Source: a virus. From it: a DNA stretch of 64,000 bases. Location of the stretch: IMG/VR virus record IMGVR_UViG_3300042400_000421, positions 1-64,000 of that record; one strand, given 5' to 3'. Made by a program: the position numbers and the translations under genes. The notes under the pieces are model-generated. The model was not told the DNA's origin, searched no databases, and worked only from the letters and a program-made list of their open reading frames with translations. This document shows positions 8,210 to 17,950 of the stretch, piece after piece. The stretch's first letter is position 1. The number at the start of each line of letters is the position of its first letter.

Positions 8210-8791
8210 TCAAGCATTTTGTTTAGCAATCTCTTGTGCTTCTCTTTCGGCTTTCCACCTCTTTGACCATTCTGCTAATTCAGTATCTGATTTACTCATT
8301 TTACCAAATTCGTAAGCCTCGGCTTCATGTTTATCATAGTCAATAGACATTTCACCTCTTTTAAGTAGCATCTTGCCATTAGTAAATACATGTTGATAAT
8401 AATCACCATCTTCTTCACCTTTCCATTCAATAAAACTACCTTCTTTTACAAAGCCGGCAAAGCAAGACAAGAAGTAATCTTCTGATCCAACCTTATCGTT
8501 ATAGTGAAGAGAATTTAAATTGCCATCTTCGTCATACCCAATTTCAAACCCAATTGCCAGCAAGATAGAAGCCATATCAGAATAAATTTCTGGATAGTTA
8601 TATTCCATCCAAGAAAACCAAGCGTTTTTGTTGTATCTTTCTTTTGATCCATCTTCATCTTTATTTCCAATCATTCCACCACGCTTTAACTCATCAAAGT
8701 CGTTTAGTTCACACATTTTCTTATAGACATCTTCAAAGTGTTTCTTATCAAGAAACAGATCTGAATCTATTGTTGTTACATAATAACCCAT
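8210..8791 (-). CDS. hypothetical phage protein
   Basis: MGYYV...WFSWM...GSFIEWKGEEDG pattern. Confidence 0.75.
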   Translation of the reverse strand: MGYYVTTIDSDLFLDKKHFEDVYKKMCELNDFDELKRGGMIGNKDEDGSKERYNKNAWFSWMEYNYPEIYSDMASILLAIGFEIGYDEDGNLNSLHYNDKVGSEDYFLSCFAGFVKEGSFIEWKGEEDGDYYQHVFTNGKMLLKRGEMSIDYDKHEAEAYEFGKMSKSDTELAEWSKRWKAEREAQEIAKQNA

Positions 8792-8824
8792 TTTTATTTT
8801 CCTTTTTTGTTGTTGTTATTAGGG

Positions 8825-8908
8825 TAGGGATAATGGGACTTGAACCCATATAATATTTCTATTGGAAAGTTTTAAGCCTTCTGCGTATGCCAATTCCGCC
8901 ATATCCCC
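8825..8908 (-). tRNA. tRNA-Leu(UAA)
   Basis: Acceptor GGGGATA/TATCCCT, D arm GCGGAATTGGCATACGC, anticodon arm GAAGG-CTTAAAA-CTTTC, long variable arm, T arm ATGGG-TTCAAGT-CCCAT. Confidence 0.92.
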
Positions 8909-8994
8909 GAGTTTATTCGTGAGGCAATTTACACCAAGCAATCTTTTAGCTAATGCTTTAGAAAGTTTAGTATGTGTTTGAATCACGAATAGAA

Positions 8995-9441
8995 CTAATA
9001 CAGAGTTTCTTGTTTTTGAAACTTATCTGTATATTTAAATAATCTCTTTGTATAGTTTGCCCAATCATTCTTATGCAATTCCGTATGGCAATCGTAGCAA
9101 AGCAAAACCAAATTGGTTAGCTCATCATTTCCTCCATTAGATACCGGAACAATATGATGAACCTGCAATGAATGACTATCAGGTTTTTCCATACAAAGAC
9201 GACATGTAAAGTCATCTCTAAGTTTAATTTGCTCTCTTAGTTCTGACTCAACTCCATGTCTAAATGTTCCATTTTTAATTTTCTTTTGCGCTTTCTTATA
9301 GTTAGCGTGTGTTACTTTGCTATCAATGATTTCTTTACATTTATCATTTTGACACCACCTTTTATTCCTATAGAACTTAGTTTGTGGTATGTAATACATA
9401 CAACTACATCCAGCACAAATAACTTGGCGATTACTTGACAC
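8995..9441 (-). CDS. HNH endonuclease
   Basis: RDDFTCRLC...LQVHHIVPVSNGGNDELTNLVLLCYDCHTELH. Confidence 0.9.
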   Translation of the reverse strand: MSSNRQVICAGCSCMYYIPQTKFYRNKRWCQNDKCKEIIDSKVTHANYKKAQKKIKNGTFRHGVESELREQIKLRDDFTCRLCMEKPDSHSLQVHHIVPVSNGGNDELTNLVLLCYDCHTELHKNDWANYTKRLFKYTDKFQKQETLY

Positions 9442-9737
9442 TATAAAAGACCAATCTTCCTAAGTGGAGATTGACCTTGAGCATCACCAATATTCTTATA
9501 GGAATAGTTCATCCTAATGTTTTTAGAAAAAGCTGCCCCAACTGAATCAGATTGAAATATGCTAATAATTTCGTTGATACCAACATCACTATAAACATAC
9601 GAATCACCTGACTTAAATGTAACACCTAACATTCCTTTATCCCCATCGTTATGATAATGAATAAACTCAATGGAAGATGATTCAACATCTGACCAAGTAA
9701 TATCGACTTTTCCTTTTTTATTTCCAATATTAATCAT
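9441..9737 (-). CDS. KTSC domain protein
   Basis: VESSSIEFIHY...LGVTFKSGDSYVYSDV...SDSVGAAFSKNIR. Confidence 0.8.
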   Translation of the reverse strand: MINIGNKKGKVDITWSDVESSSIEFIHYHNDGDKGMLGVTFKSGDSYVYSDVGINEIISIFQSDSVGAAFSKNIRMNYSYKNIGDAQGQSPLRKIGLL

Positions 9738-10038
9738 CTTTTTTAATTCCTTCTGGCAATTCGCCTTTTTCTATCAAATCTGCGTGATAGGCAATGTTCT
9801 TAGTAATTTCTCTATGTGTTGCAGAATTCGGATTATAAAAGAATTCTTTTACATATCCGGAAACATTAGAGTCAGTTGAATACTGAAAGATTCTTGCATT
9901 CCAATTGTCAGGCTTAAACCCATACTGATTCTGAAACACTTGTGAAGCCATAGACATAGCTTCTTGTACAGATTTTACAGACTCAATTTTAATTGGGAAT
10001 CTATATTCAACAATAAAATATTCATTATGCTTTGGCAT
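9730..10038 (-). CDS. hypothetical protein
   Basis: Start reassigned to MPKHNE (TAATG coupling). Confidence 0.65.
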   Translation of the reverse strand: MPKHNEYFIVEYRFPIKIESVKSVQEAMSMASQVFQNQYGFKPDNWNARIFQYSTDSNVSGYVKEFFYNPNSATHREITKNIAYHADLIEKGELPEGIKKDD

Positions 10039-10178
10039 TATACGAGCAAAACTCCTAACATTCCAATAGCATATAGTGTTCCAATAATTATGATAACCGG
10101 GAAGGCTATTACAAATAGAAACATACAGGCTAGAACTAACATAGCGCATCTGATTAGATACATTTTGCTCTCTTTCAT
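10038..10178 (-). CDS. 46-aa hydrophobic membrane protein (not in ORF track)
   Basis: MKESKMYLIRCAMLVLACMFLFVIAFPVIIIIGTLYAIGMLGVLLV*. Confidence 0.55.
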   Translation of the reverse strand: MKESKMYLIRCAMLVLACMFLFVIAFPVIIIIGTLYAIGMLGVLLV

Positions 10179-10210
10179 ATAGAAGGTTCTAGCCATTCTA
10201 TATGCTTCAG

Positions 10211-11656
10211 CTATTCAATGCTTTCCAAACCATGCCTTAGTTTAAAAATTTCACAAGTCAGATTGCCAATCTTAGAGTCTGCTAAAGACCTAAACAATCT
10301 TCCTTCCATATCTCCATCGCCAACACTTGTCGAATAATGATCATATTCATGAATCAAAGTTGCAACAAGTTCTTCAATTGTTCCATTTATAAGATGTAGG
10401 CTGCTAATAAGAATTACTTTCTCCATTTCAGCATTATCACCATTTGGTACGTGCAAAGTCATACCCAAAGCAGGAACTTCTGAATCCTCATCTTCAATAT
10501 AAACTCCAACAATACCGTTAAAGTTATTTTGAGGAAACACATCTTGAACAATATCAATAGCATTATTAAGCCTTGAATAACTATCAATATCCATAGTATA
10601 TTGATACTTAAATGCCTCACCAAAAATGCTACCAGCTGTCTCAATCTTTTGAGAAGTCAAAAAGTTATATACACCTTCATTGTCAATCTCAATCGCACTA
10701 TAACCTCTTGATTCAATTGTTTTTTCAACATTAAAAGATAGGTCTTTTTGTTCAATGATTACAGATTGAGGAAATACTTTTTCAAATGTATTATTCCATT
10801 CTGGGTTTGTTAAAAATGCATACCCAAATATATGAGCTGGAATGTTACTGGTTTCATAACTATTTTCCAATTGATCATTAACCATTTTGATAAGAACTTC
10901 TTCAATAAGTTCTGAACTCCTCATTTCAGCCAAAGCCCGGACTATTTGCAAATGCATATTCCATTGACTAGCAACAGTTCTCTCTTCATTCAAATCAATA
11001 TCGTGAAGTTCATAATCAAAATAACCTTCCATTGGTTGCAAACTTTCATTGTTTTCGTCAGTAAAAACCAATACGCCTTTTGTATAAACACGAAATGAAC
11101 CATCATAAGGCTCATACAAAGAAAAAGTTTTACCTTCATATATTGGCTCACGATTTACTGAGAAATACTTATCAAAATCCTTATGAATTTTAAGCATCTC
11201 TTCTGTAGCAGTAAAGTAAACAGAAAACTCACCTTCAACGGATTCAATTTTATCAACATCTACGATATCAATTGTCCAGGGCAATCCGTTAAGCGTATGC
11301 TCATCCATTGCATTAGCGACTACTTCACGATAAATCTGAAAGTCATTTGTCCACGAAAGAATACCTGCTTCTGAAGTAAAAGACGAAGGCTTTTCATAAT
11401 CATCATATTTATAAAAGATGCAAGGGATATCGTCATCATCTTTTACGACATATTGAAGAACATATTTACCCTTCTTATCGCTTCCTGCAAAAGCCCAGTC
11501 CATTCCTTTTCTAATTGCAGCAATTGGGGCAAACTTAATACCAGAACCAAACTGACCTATTGTCTCATTGTTTTCTCTCTTAGTAGACAAACCTAATTTC
11601 TCAAGGCCAAGACGATTTACTTCTTTAACCTGATTTGTGACTTTGATGTATTTCAT
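10211..11656 (-). CDS. GHKL/HATPase-like protein with C-terminal HExxH metallopeptidase-like motif
   Basis: LGLSTK...IGQFGSGIK and REVVANAMDE GHKL boxes; TLIHEYDH near the C-terminus. Confidence 0.7.
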   Translation of the reverse strand: MKYIKVTNQVKEVNRLGLEKLGLSTKRENNETIGQFGSGIKFAPIAAIRKGMDWAFAGSDKKGKYVLQYVVKDDDDIPCIFYKYDDYEKPSSFTSEAGILSWTNDFQIYREVVANAMDEHTLNGLPWTIDIVDVDKIESVEGEFSVYFTATEEMLKIHKDFDKYFSVNREPIYEGKTFSLYEPYDGSFRVYTKGVLVFTDENNESLQPMEGYFDYELHDIDLNEERTVASQWNMHLQIVRALAEMRSSELIEEVLIKMVNDQLENSYETSNIPAHIFGYAFLTNPEWNNTFEKVFPQSVIIEQKDLSFNVEKTIESRGYSAIEIDNEGVYNFLTSQKIETAGSIFGEAFKYQYTMDIDSYSRLNNAIDIVQDVFPQNNFNGIVGVYIEDEDSEVPALGMTLHVPNGDNAEMEKVILISSLHLINGTIEELVATLIHEYDHYSTSVGDGDMEGRLFRSLADSKIGNLTCEIFKLRHGLESIE

Positions 11657-11683
11657 AATATATTTCTTTCTTTATGGGCGACA

Positions 11684-11713
11684 TAAAGGGGTGACTTTAT
11701 AGCCACCCCTTTA
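11684..11713 (-). terminator. stem-loop terminator
   Basis: TAAAGGGGTG/CACCCCTTTA inverted repeat in intergenic gap. Confidence 0.6.
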
Positions 11714-11726
11714 CATCATTGATTGA

Positions 11727-12338
11727 TTAAACTAAATCCAAAGGGATTTCTGTAGGATATAACGCTGCTAAACGCCTTGCTTCACTTCGCTCTTTTTCAG
11801 CATTCAAAGCGTCATTATATTGCGTAAGTTCCATTTGAAACTGTTCACGTAGCAAAGGCTTTGCCTCTTCAATAATCTCATTCTTAGCATCTTCAACTAA
11901 TTTACGAGCTTTTCTCTTATCAAGAGCGTTTTGAATACCATCAACAAAATCTTCATCTTTAAGCAAAAGGTAACGAATAGTTGATTGAATAACTTCAATC
12001 GCAGCTTGACCAGTACTACAAGCATTAACTGGACTAAAACTTTGCATCAAATTTCTAACATTGTTTTCAATATCAAGATCGCTAGTATCAATATACTCAC
12101 TCAAATCCATATGCCGAATTACATCTTTAATGTCGCTTTCAACATCTAAGTTATAGTCAACCCAGCTTTGAATCTTATCATCAAAGTCGTAATTATCAAT
12201 TGATGATTCAATTTTGTCATCAAAATCACAACTGTCAACTGCTAACTGAACCTTATCTTGAAGGTCTTCTAAAATAGCTTCAGCAAGAGTTTCTAAACTT
12301 GATTCGCTAATGTCCATTGTTACTTCTAATTTTTCCAT
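11727..12338 (-). CDS. acidic repeat/coiled-coil protein
   Basis: DFDDKIE/DFDDKIQ repeats; start MEKLEV. Confidence 0.7.
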   Translation of the reverse strand: MEKLEVTMDISESSLETLAEAILEDLQDKVQLAVDSCDFDDKIESSIDNYDFDDKIQSWVDYNLDVESDIKDVIRHMDLSEYIDTSDLDIENNVRNLMQSFSPVNACSTGQAAIEVIQSTIRYLLLKDEDFVDGIQNALDKRKARKLVEDAKNEIIEEAKPLLREQFQMELTQYNDALNAEKERSEARRLAALYPTEIPLDLV

Positions 12339-12343
12339 TTTAC

Positions 12344-12709
12344 TTATCTTTCTGTTTCTGTTTCTGTTATTTGTGCTGCAAAATCCCAAAGATACGAATT
12401 CTCTGAGATTTTTCTTTCGGCGTGGTCAAACCAATCTGCATAGTGATATTCCATTCCTCTAATGTAACCATCATTATCAGTTTTAACTTCAATCCAATCT
12501 GCTGGCCCACCACCTGACAAAGTAATTTTAATTACTTTATAAGATTCAATATGAGCAGGGAAGTCTGACAATGCTCTTAATGCTTCTTCAACCTTTTCGG
12601 CTTCAGCTTCATTATCTCCAAAAATGTCATTTAGTTCTTCTAAATATTCATTTCTATTTTTCATATATGAGTCAATTATTTGCTCACAATTTTTATCTTC
12701 TGTTTTCAT
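12344..12709 (-). CDS. hypothetical phage protein
   Basis: ITLSGGGPADWI...YADWFD motif. Confidence 0.75.
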   Translation of the reverse strand: MKTEDKNCEQIIDSYMKNRNEYLEELNDIFGDNEAEAEKVEEALRALSDFPAHIESYKVIKITLSGGGPADWIEVKTDNDGYIRGMEYHYADWFDHAERKISENSYLWDFAAQITETETER

Positions 12710-13143
12710 AGTGACATATACCTTTCCATATTTGTCATAAAATCCTCAAATGTTTTTGAGTATCTTAGTATTTTTTTCATAGATGCAAATACTTCTGCAA
12801 TTTGTACAAACAACGAAGCCATTCTATCTTCTAATATATATTCTTCAAATGACATATAGTCATCAAATACTGCTTCCAAAGGCTTACCGTTATAGTGAGG
12901 CTTAAGCCAACCTTCAGATCTACCTTCCATACTGTAAGTATCAAAACCATAAAGATTACATAAAGTCATAATTTTACTACGAAAGAAGTAAATTGCTTCG
13001 TCATATGCTTTCTCAAAGTCTTCTTCAGACATTTCATTAATATGGGCATAAGGATGTTTTGCATTAAATGCATAACACTTTTCATGAACCATAAGTCTAT
13101 GTGGATTCTTGTAGTTATTTATTGATATAAAAACTTCGCTCAT
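12706..13143 (-). CDS. hypothetical phage protein
   Basis: EGRSEGWL motif; coupled. Confidence 0.7.
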   Translation of the reverse strand: MSEVFISINNYKNPHRLMVHEKCYAFNAKHPYAHINEMSEEDFEKAYDEAIYFFRSKIMTLCNLYGFDTYSMEGRSEGWLKPHYNGKPLEAVFDDYMSFEEYILEDRMASLFVQIAEVFASMKKILRYSKTFEDFMTNMERYMSL

Positions 13144-13311
13144 CTAATCTTTCTTCCCGGATTTGTATCCTTTTTCATATTCTTCTAAAATATTTACTTT
13201 TGTTATTGATTTAATATAATCAACTTCTTCCTTATGAGGTGGATTATATTTGTTTGTTTTAGCATGATAGAACCCAATGGCATACCAATATTTTTCTACC
13301 GACCGGGCCAT
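13144..13311 (-). CDS. 55-aa hypothetical protein (not in ORF track)
   Basis: MARSVEKYWYAIGFYHAK...EYEKGYKSG. Confidence 0.5.
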   Translation of the reverse strand: MARSVEKYWYAIGFYHAKTNKYNPPHKEEVDYIKSITKVNILEEYEKGYKSGKKD

Positions 13312-13457
13312 TAATCAATTTCCATTCTAATTTCACAATTAATTCTCATCTTCCTCAATATCCTGATCCTTATCTTTCTCTACGATTACTGGTATATTTA
13401 ATTTCTTAGATATTTCAGCCATAGATACTTTTACTTCAAAATTAAGATTTTCATCTA

Positions 13458-13625
13458 TCATTCTACTTTCTCAATTTCACTATAAGTATAAGAAATGTTA
13501 CCTAAAAATGTAGGAATAGAACTTCTCATTTCTAACATGTCTGCAATTTGTTTTGCTTCATTTAGTGAAACATCATTAAGGATTGTTTCGCTAATGATTT
13601 TTACTCTAATTTTAGTTTCTAACAT
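13458..13625 (-). CDS. hypothetical protein
   Basis: Start MLETK; follows whiB. Confidence 0.55.
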   Translation of the reverse strand: MLETKIRVKIISETILNDVSLNEAKQIADMLEMRSSIPTFLGNISYTYSEIEKVE

Positions 13626-13899
13626 TACTTTTAACCACAACTGATGCAATTTCTTTAGTTAGTACAGAATACTGTCTACGAACTTTGCTTCTTTCTTTTG
13701 GGGTTAGTCCACCCCAAATACCAAACTGTTCATCATTTGCAATTGCTTCTTGTAAACATTCAACCGATACTGAACATAATGCGCAAAGTGTTTTCACACT
13801 CCTTACCTGTTCAGCAGCACCTTTCGTACCAATTTCTGGATAGAAAAAGTCAGTCTCTTTGCCTTTGCAATACGCTTCCAAACGCCATTTCTCATTCAT
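13612..13899 (-). CDS. whiB: WhiB-family transcriptional regulator
   Basis: W...C...FFYP...CxxC...C, GIWGGLTPKER. Confidence 0.93.
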   Translation of the reverse strand: MNEKWRLEAYCKGKETDFFYPEIGTKGAAEQVRSVKTLCALCSVSVECLQEAIANDEQFGIWGGLTPKERSKVRRQYSVLTKEIASVVVKSNVRN

Positions 13900-14284
13900 T
13901 TCCCAAATCCCAATACGGTAGAGATTTTGATTCTTCTCTCATTACTGGAAGCACTTCTTCCTTCAAAAAGTCATAATATTCTTTAGTCTGAAAACCATCT
14001 GTTATGAGATTAGAAAGAATGTTGGAATAGTTAAAGCAAATGCCTAACACAACTCCAAACACATTGTCTTCTACTAAGACAGTTTCTCCATCTTCATCTT
14101 CATAACAAAGGTTAATACAACTCATCATCATTTCCATACGACTGTCATCGGATGTGAAATCTGTTCTAGAAAATATATCTACAATATTTTCTAGAAGCAT
14201 ATGCGATTCAGAACCGTCTGTCATTCCGTCAGCCATACTACTTTTCATTTTTTGAATATGATCAAAATCTTCTTGTTCAAACAT
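13892..14284 (-). CDS. acidic hypothetical protein
   Basis: 130 aa, coupled to whiB. Confidence 0.7.
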   Translation of the reverse strand: MFEQEDFDHIQKMKSSMADGMTDGSESHMLLENIVDIFSRTDFTSDDSRMEMMMSCINLCYEDEDGETVLVEDNVFGVVLGICFNYSNILSNLITDGFQTKEYYDFLKEEVLPVMREESKSLPYWDLGNE

Positions 14285-14317
14285 TTTACTCTTTAATTAT
14301 CTCTTTCTTTTTTTCTT

Positions 14318-14809
14318 TTAATACCAGATGGCAGAGCCATCTCCATTTTTACCAACAAACTTAAGCCACCACGCAGCATAAATCCAATCCCTAATATAGC
14401 TCTCTTTGTTTTGCTCAGGTAATTCGCCATTCTTAACCATTTTATTAACAGTATGTGACCAAGATTCTGCATACTGAAACATAACATCAGACATTTCTAA
14501 ACAAGTATCTGAGTCAATACCATCATCACTATTTCCGTAGAAGTCGGAAGGCATATCATTATCAAAATCACTATTGTATTTTTTCAAGTCAGCTAGCATA
14601 TAATTGCCATACTTACCTCTATACCAACAATCAGTTCCAAACATTCCATAAACTGGAGATGTATCTTTTAGTAATGGGTCATTTTGATACTCATTCATAT
14701 ATGGACAATTACCACATTGTTGAGTTGCTTTGCAATCAATTTGATTATCTTTATTCTTTACTGCAATGCTTTCACAAGGGTAAGTTTTTGGCATATTGTC
14801 TAAACCCAT
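14318..14809 (-). CDS. hypothetical phage protein
   Basis: MGLDN start, Cys cluster, CWYRGKY. Confidence 0.75.
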   Translation of the reverse strand: MGLDNMPKTYPCESIAVKNKDNQIDCKATQQCGNCPYMNEYQNDPLLKDTSPVYGMFGTDCWYRGKYGNYMLADLKKYNSDFDNDMPSDFYGNSDDGIDSDTCLEMSDVMFQYAESWSHTVNKMVKNGELPEQNKESYIRDWIYAAWWLKFVGKNGDGSAIWY

Positions 14810-15243
14810 TACTCACCCCTAAAAAAATCAGTAAATGCATCAGAAAGACTACCTGTAGCGTCACCAAAATCAAAAACTGGTGAATCAGGCTCATCACTAA
14901 AATTAAGAATACTTCCAACCAATCCTTTTTCAGAACTTGAACCGGAGATAATAAGTTGAACTCTACGCTTTTGTGGATGCTTACTTGGAGCTCCATCTAC
15001 TTCACCATTTGAATTCAAAGGTGCAGCCCAACCCCAAGTAATAATTGATAGATAATCAAATGATTTTACATTCTCAAAATCTGAAAGACTACTGATAAGA
15101 TCATATACATCTGCTGAGCGAGTAATAACCTCACATTTTAGATTATCTCCATCATGATGCAAACCATAAGCAGTTGCTGAGTCTTGATTCATATCAAATC
15201 TCAATGCATTATTGATAAGCTCTAGTGTTTTTGTTTTTTCCAT
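14809..15243 (-). CDS. hypothetical phage protein
   Basis: GWAAPL...PSKHPQKRRV motif. Confidence 0.75.
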   Translation of the reverse strand: MEKTKTLELINNALRFDMNQDSATAYGLHHDGDNLKCEVITRSADVYDLISSLSDFENVKSFDYLSIITWGWAAPLNSNGEVDGAPSKHPQKRRVQLIISGSSSEKGLVGSILNFSDEPDSPVFDFGDATGSLSDAFTDFFRGE

Positions 15244-15276
15244 TGTTTTTTCCTTTTTATTTTTTTCTATTTTTAT

Positions 15277-15816
15277 TTACGGTTCGCCGATTACATATTC
15301 TTCAAAAAGATAACTTTCATCAAAATATCTTGATACTAATTCTGCTTCATATTGTTGCTGACATTCTCCTTTTGACCAAATATTTGATCCACAAAAACCC
15401 ATTCCCGGTTCTTCATAATAAAGACAAAACAAGATGTTAGGATAATCTTTTGAAATTTTATTAAATGCTTCAATAGGTGGCGACCAAGCACTATTAAAAT
15501 TAAAAGCAATTGTCGCAGTACCATCGTTATTGATAGTATATTCTTGACCAATTTCCAAATCAGATTCTGACCATTTAGTTCCCCATTTATCAATTCTCCA
15601 GTCATACCAACTCTTGTACCCAAACTTTTCAAAGTTTGCAATTTGTTGCTCATCAGGATTCATTGAAACATTTCCAATGTTCAATTCTTCAGGAGTTGGA
15701 TAAAGCTTATCCAATAATGAATACTCATCTTCACTAATGGTAATTACTTCCATTAACTTTTCCATATCTTCTTTCCAACCGTGAATTGATAAATTATTTT
15801 CACACCAATTTGGCAT
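15277..15816 (-). CDS. Api92/YubB-like ferredoxin-fold protein (DUF1281-like)
   Basis: MPNWCEN, WYDWRIDKWGTKW, FNSAWSPP, YEEPGMGFCG. Confidence 0.8.
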   Translation of the reverse strand: MPNWCENNLSIHGWKEDMEKLMEVITISEDEYSLLDKLYPTPEELNIGNVSMNPDEQQIANFEKFGYKSWYDWRIDKWGTKWSESDLEIGQEYTINNDGTATIAFNFNSAWSPPIEAFNKISKDYPNILFCLYYEEPGMGFCGSNIWSKGECQQQYEAELVSRYFDESYLFEEYVIGEP

Positions 15817-15942
15817 CTTCTTTTTCTTCCTTTTCAAAAAGTGAATCCCAACTGGACTTCACATATTTAACATTTCCATTTTCATCAACATAAGCTGTTA
15901 ATACCATTGATGCACTAAATAGTGCATTATTGTTTTCTTCCA

Positions 15943-16134
15943 TTATTCCTTTTCCCATTCTGGGTTATTAAGAATTACGAGTGCTTTATCGTAATCTTCT
16001 TGTGTTTCTTCTAATTCATCTGTCCGATTAAGCAATTGACAAATCATTGTGTATTGCTCATCATCAATAAATTTGATTTCTTTATCGATATTTACCCCAA
16101 CTAAGAAGTAAATTATTTTGTCTTTAGATTTCAT
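15943..16134 (-). CDS. hypothetical protein
   Basis: 63 aa, coupled. Confidence 0.55.
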   Translation of the reverse strand: MKSKDKIIYFLVGVNIDKEIKFIDDEQYTMICQLLNRTDELEETQEDYDKALVILNNPEWEKE

Positions 16135-16369
16135 TTAATACTTTCTCCCAGTTTACTGAATAACGTAATACTGTTTTATATTCAAGACCAACAGCTTTCT
16201 TAACTGCGATATATCCATTTTCTACTTCTAATAGATGTCCACAATTCAAACAATCATATTGCTCCCATTGTGAACATTCTTCTTTAAATTCTGGCGAACT
16301 ATAAGAGAAGTTTTCACTACTATCTACTAAAACTATATCTTCTAATCTACATACTGGACATTTGTTCAT
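16124..16369 (-). CDS. zinc-ribbon protein
   Basis: CPVC...CLNCG. Confidence 0.65.
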   Translation of the reverse strand: MNKCPVCRLEDIVLVDSSENFSYSSPEFKEECSQWEQYDCLNCGHLLEVENGYIAVKKAVGLEYKTVLRYSVNWEKVLNEI

Positions 16370-16371
16370 TT

Positions 16372-17070
16372 TTAATCCTCAAATAACTTTAATTGGTTAG
16401 GGTTTTCTTTTGCTGGGAATATAGGTCTATCAAAACCTTGTTCATCACACCATTCGTACCATTCACCCCATCTTTCAGGTAGGCACAATCCTGATTTCAA
16501 AACTGCTTCTAAAATCTTATTGTCATTTGGATACTGATCAGCATCTACATTGAATTCAAAATTTAAATCATTTGTCAAAGTAAAATACAACTTTTCAGCC
16601 CAACCATTTTCTTCTGTATTGGTTACAAGAAGCAAATGCTCATCCATATTTTCAATGCAATCAATAGCTTCATCTTGAAGTTTTACATAATAGTCATCTT
16701 CATCTGCTATTGGGTAATCATTAATTTTATCATGCCAATTCATAGATTCTTTAAATGATTCTGCTATGTTATCTTCATCGCAGCCTTTAGCCTCATCAAT
16801 TAATATACGGCAAGTCAAACGATCAACCGAACCAACAGCCCAATGATTAAATGTTTCAATCCTAAAATCATTAGGGTATCTATCAATCAAGTCCTCAGTA
16901 ATTACTTTGAAGTTTGATTTCTCCATAATATTTGAATCTCTTGATTGATTATGCCCAGTAAATCCCCAAGTCTTAAACATATCTTCATAGCCCCAATAAC
17001 CAAAATCATCAGGTTTTTGCAGTGCCATTTCAGCAAGTTTATTTATTGTATAATTTTCAATATTTATCAT
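16372..17070 (-). CDS. hypothetical phage protein
   Basis: SRDS...SNF, FNHWAVG, YPIADEDDY motifs. Confidence 0.75.
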   Translation of the reverse strand: MINIENYTINKLAEMALQKPDDFGYWGYEDMFKTWGFTGHNQSRDSNIMEKSNFKVITEDLIDRYPNDFRIETFNHWAVGSVDRLTCRILIDEAKGCDEDNIAESFKESMNWHDKINDYPIADEDDYYVKLQDEAIDCIENMDEHLLLVTNTEENGWAEKLYFTLTNDLNFEFNVDADQYPNDNKILEAVLKSGLCLPERWGEWYEWCDEQGFDRPIFPAKENPNQLKLFED

Positions 17071-17079
17071 TTTTAATAC

Positions 17080-17631
17080 TCATTCATATTCATAGTGTCC
17101 TAATTCTTGAAGGAGGTATTTTGCTTCTTCAAAATCAAATTCTTTATCAATATCAATAACTCCATTAGCAACATCTCTAATAACATACGCTGCAGCTATA
17201 TTTGTTATATTCTTATAGCAATCTTCATATTCATCAAGTTCAAAACCAAATTTATCAAAATAATCTGTCCACACAGTATCGATTCTTGTTAAGAAAAGAT
17301 TTCGCCCTTCCATTCCGGTTAAGTCTAACCATTGCAATGCTCTATCTTCAATTGTTTTCCCATCTTGAATAAGGGCAATAGGTTTAAAATTATCTTTCAT
17401 TGCAGTTGCCCATCCAGCAATACAACAAGCAGTTCCACAATCTAAAGGTTCTAGTGTTTTAGTATTCTGTTCACTATTATGAATAATAGGATAAGAATCA
17501 GTTGACCAATAAGGTTTACCATTCCACATACCTTGTTCTATTTTTGTAGAAAGCCAATACTGCATTTCAAATTTATGTTCTGGCAAATTCTCAATATAAT
17601 CTGCAAGTTGCAACATTCTTTCCTTATTCAT
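17080..17631 (-). CDS. hypothetical phage protein
   Basis: FEMQYW...CGTACCIAGWA motif. Confidence 0.75.
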   Translation of the reverse strand: MNKERMLQLADYIENLPEHKFEMQYWLSTKIEQGMWNGKPYWSTDSYPIIHNSEQNTKTLEPLDCGTACCIAGWATAMKDNFKPIALIQDGKTIEDRALQWLDLTGMEGRNLFLTRIDTVWTDYFDKFGFELDEYEDCYKNITNIAAAYVIRDVANGVIDIDKEFDFEEAKYLLQELGHYEYE

Positions 17632-17950
17632 TAGTTTTTCCTAACTCTTTCTTTGCTTCTTCATCCCAATAACTTGGCAATTCTCTTTCAATTTCATAAA
17701 CATATACATCTGCTTCTTCATTGTTTGTATCCCAATACATACAAACTTCGCCATAAGAACCAAAATCGTGATTAAACCACTTAACTCTAAAACGAATACC
17801 AAGGCTTTCAGCAGCTGGAAACAATCTATTAAGTTGATTCATATAAGCAAACAATTCCTTATTTGCTTTTTCAACATAACCATTACTTCCAACTTGAGCA
17901 CAATCTTCTTCATAAGGTGAAGAGCCAATTTCCATATATTCCATAACCAT
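17624..17950 (-). CDS. hypothetical phage protein
   Basis: GSSPYEEDCAQVG...HDFGSYGEV. Confidence 0.75.
   Translation of the reverse strand: MVMEYMEIGSSPYEEDCAQVGSNGYVEKANKELFAYMNQLNRLFPAAESLGIRFRVKWFNHDFGSYGEVCMYWDTNNEEADVYVYEIERELPSYWDEEAKKELGKTNE

Noticed and set aside
8911-8995. Fourth tRNA
   Set aside because: Has a closing stem but no TTC loop, D arm or anticodon arm
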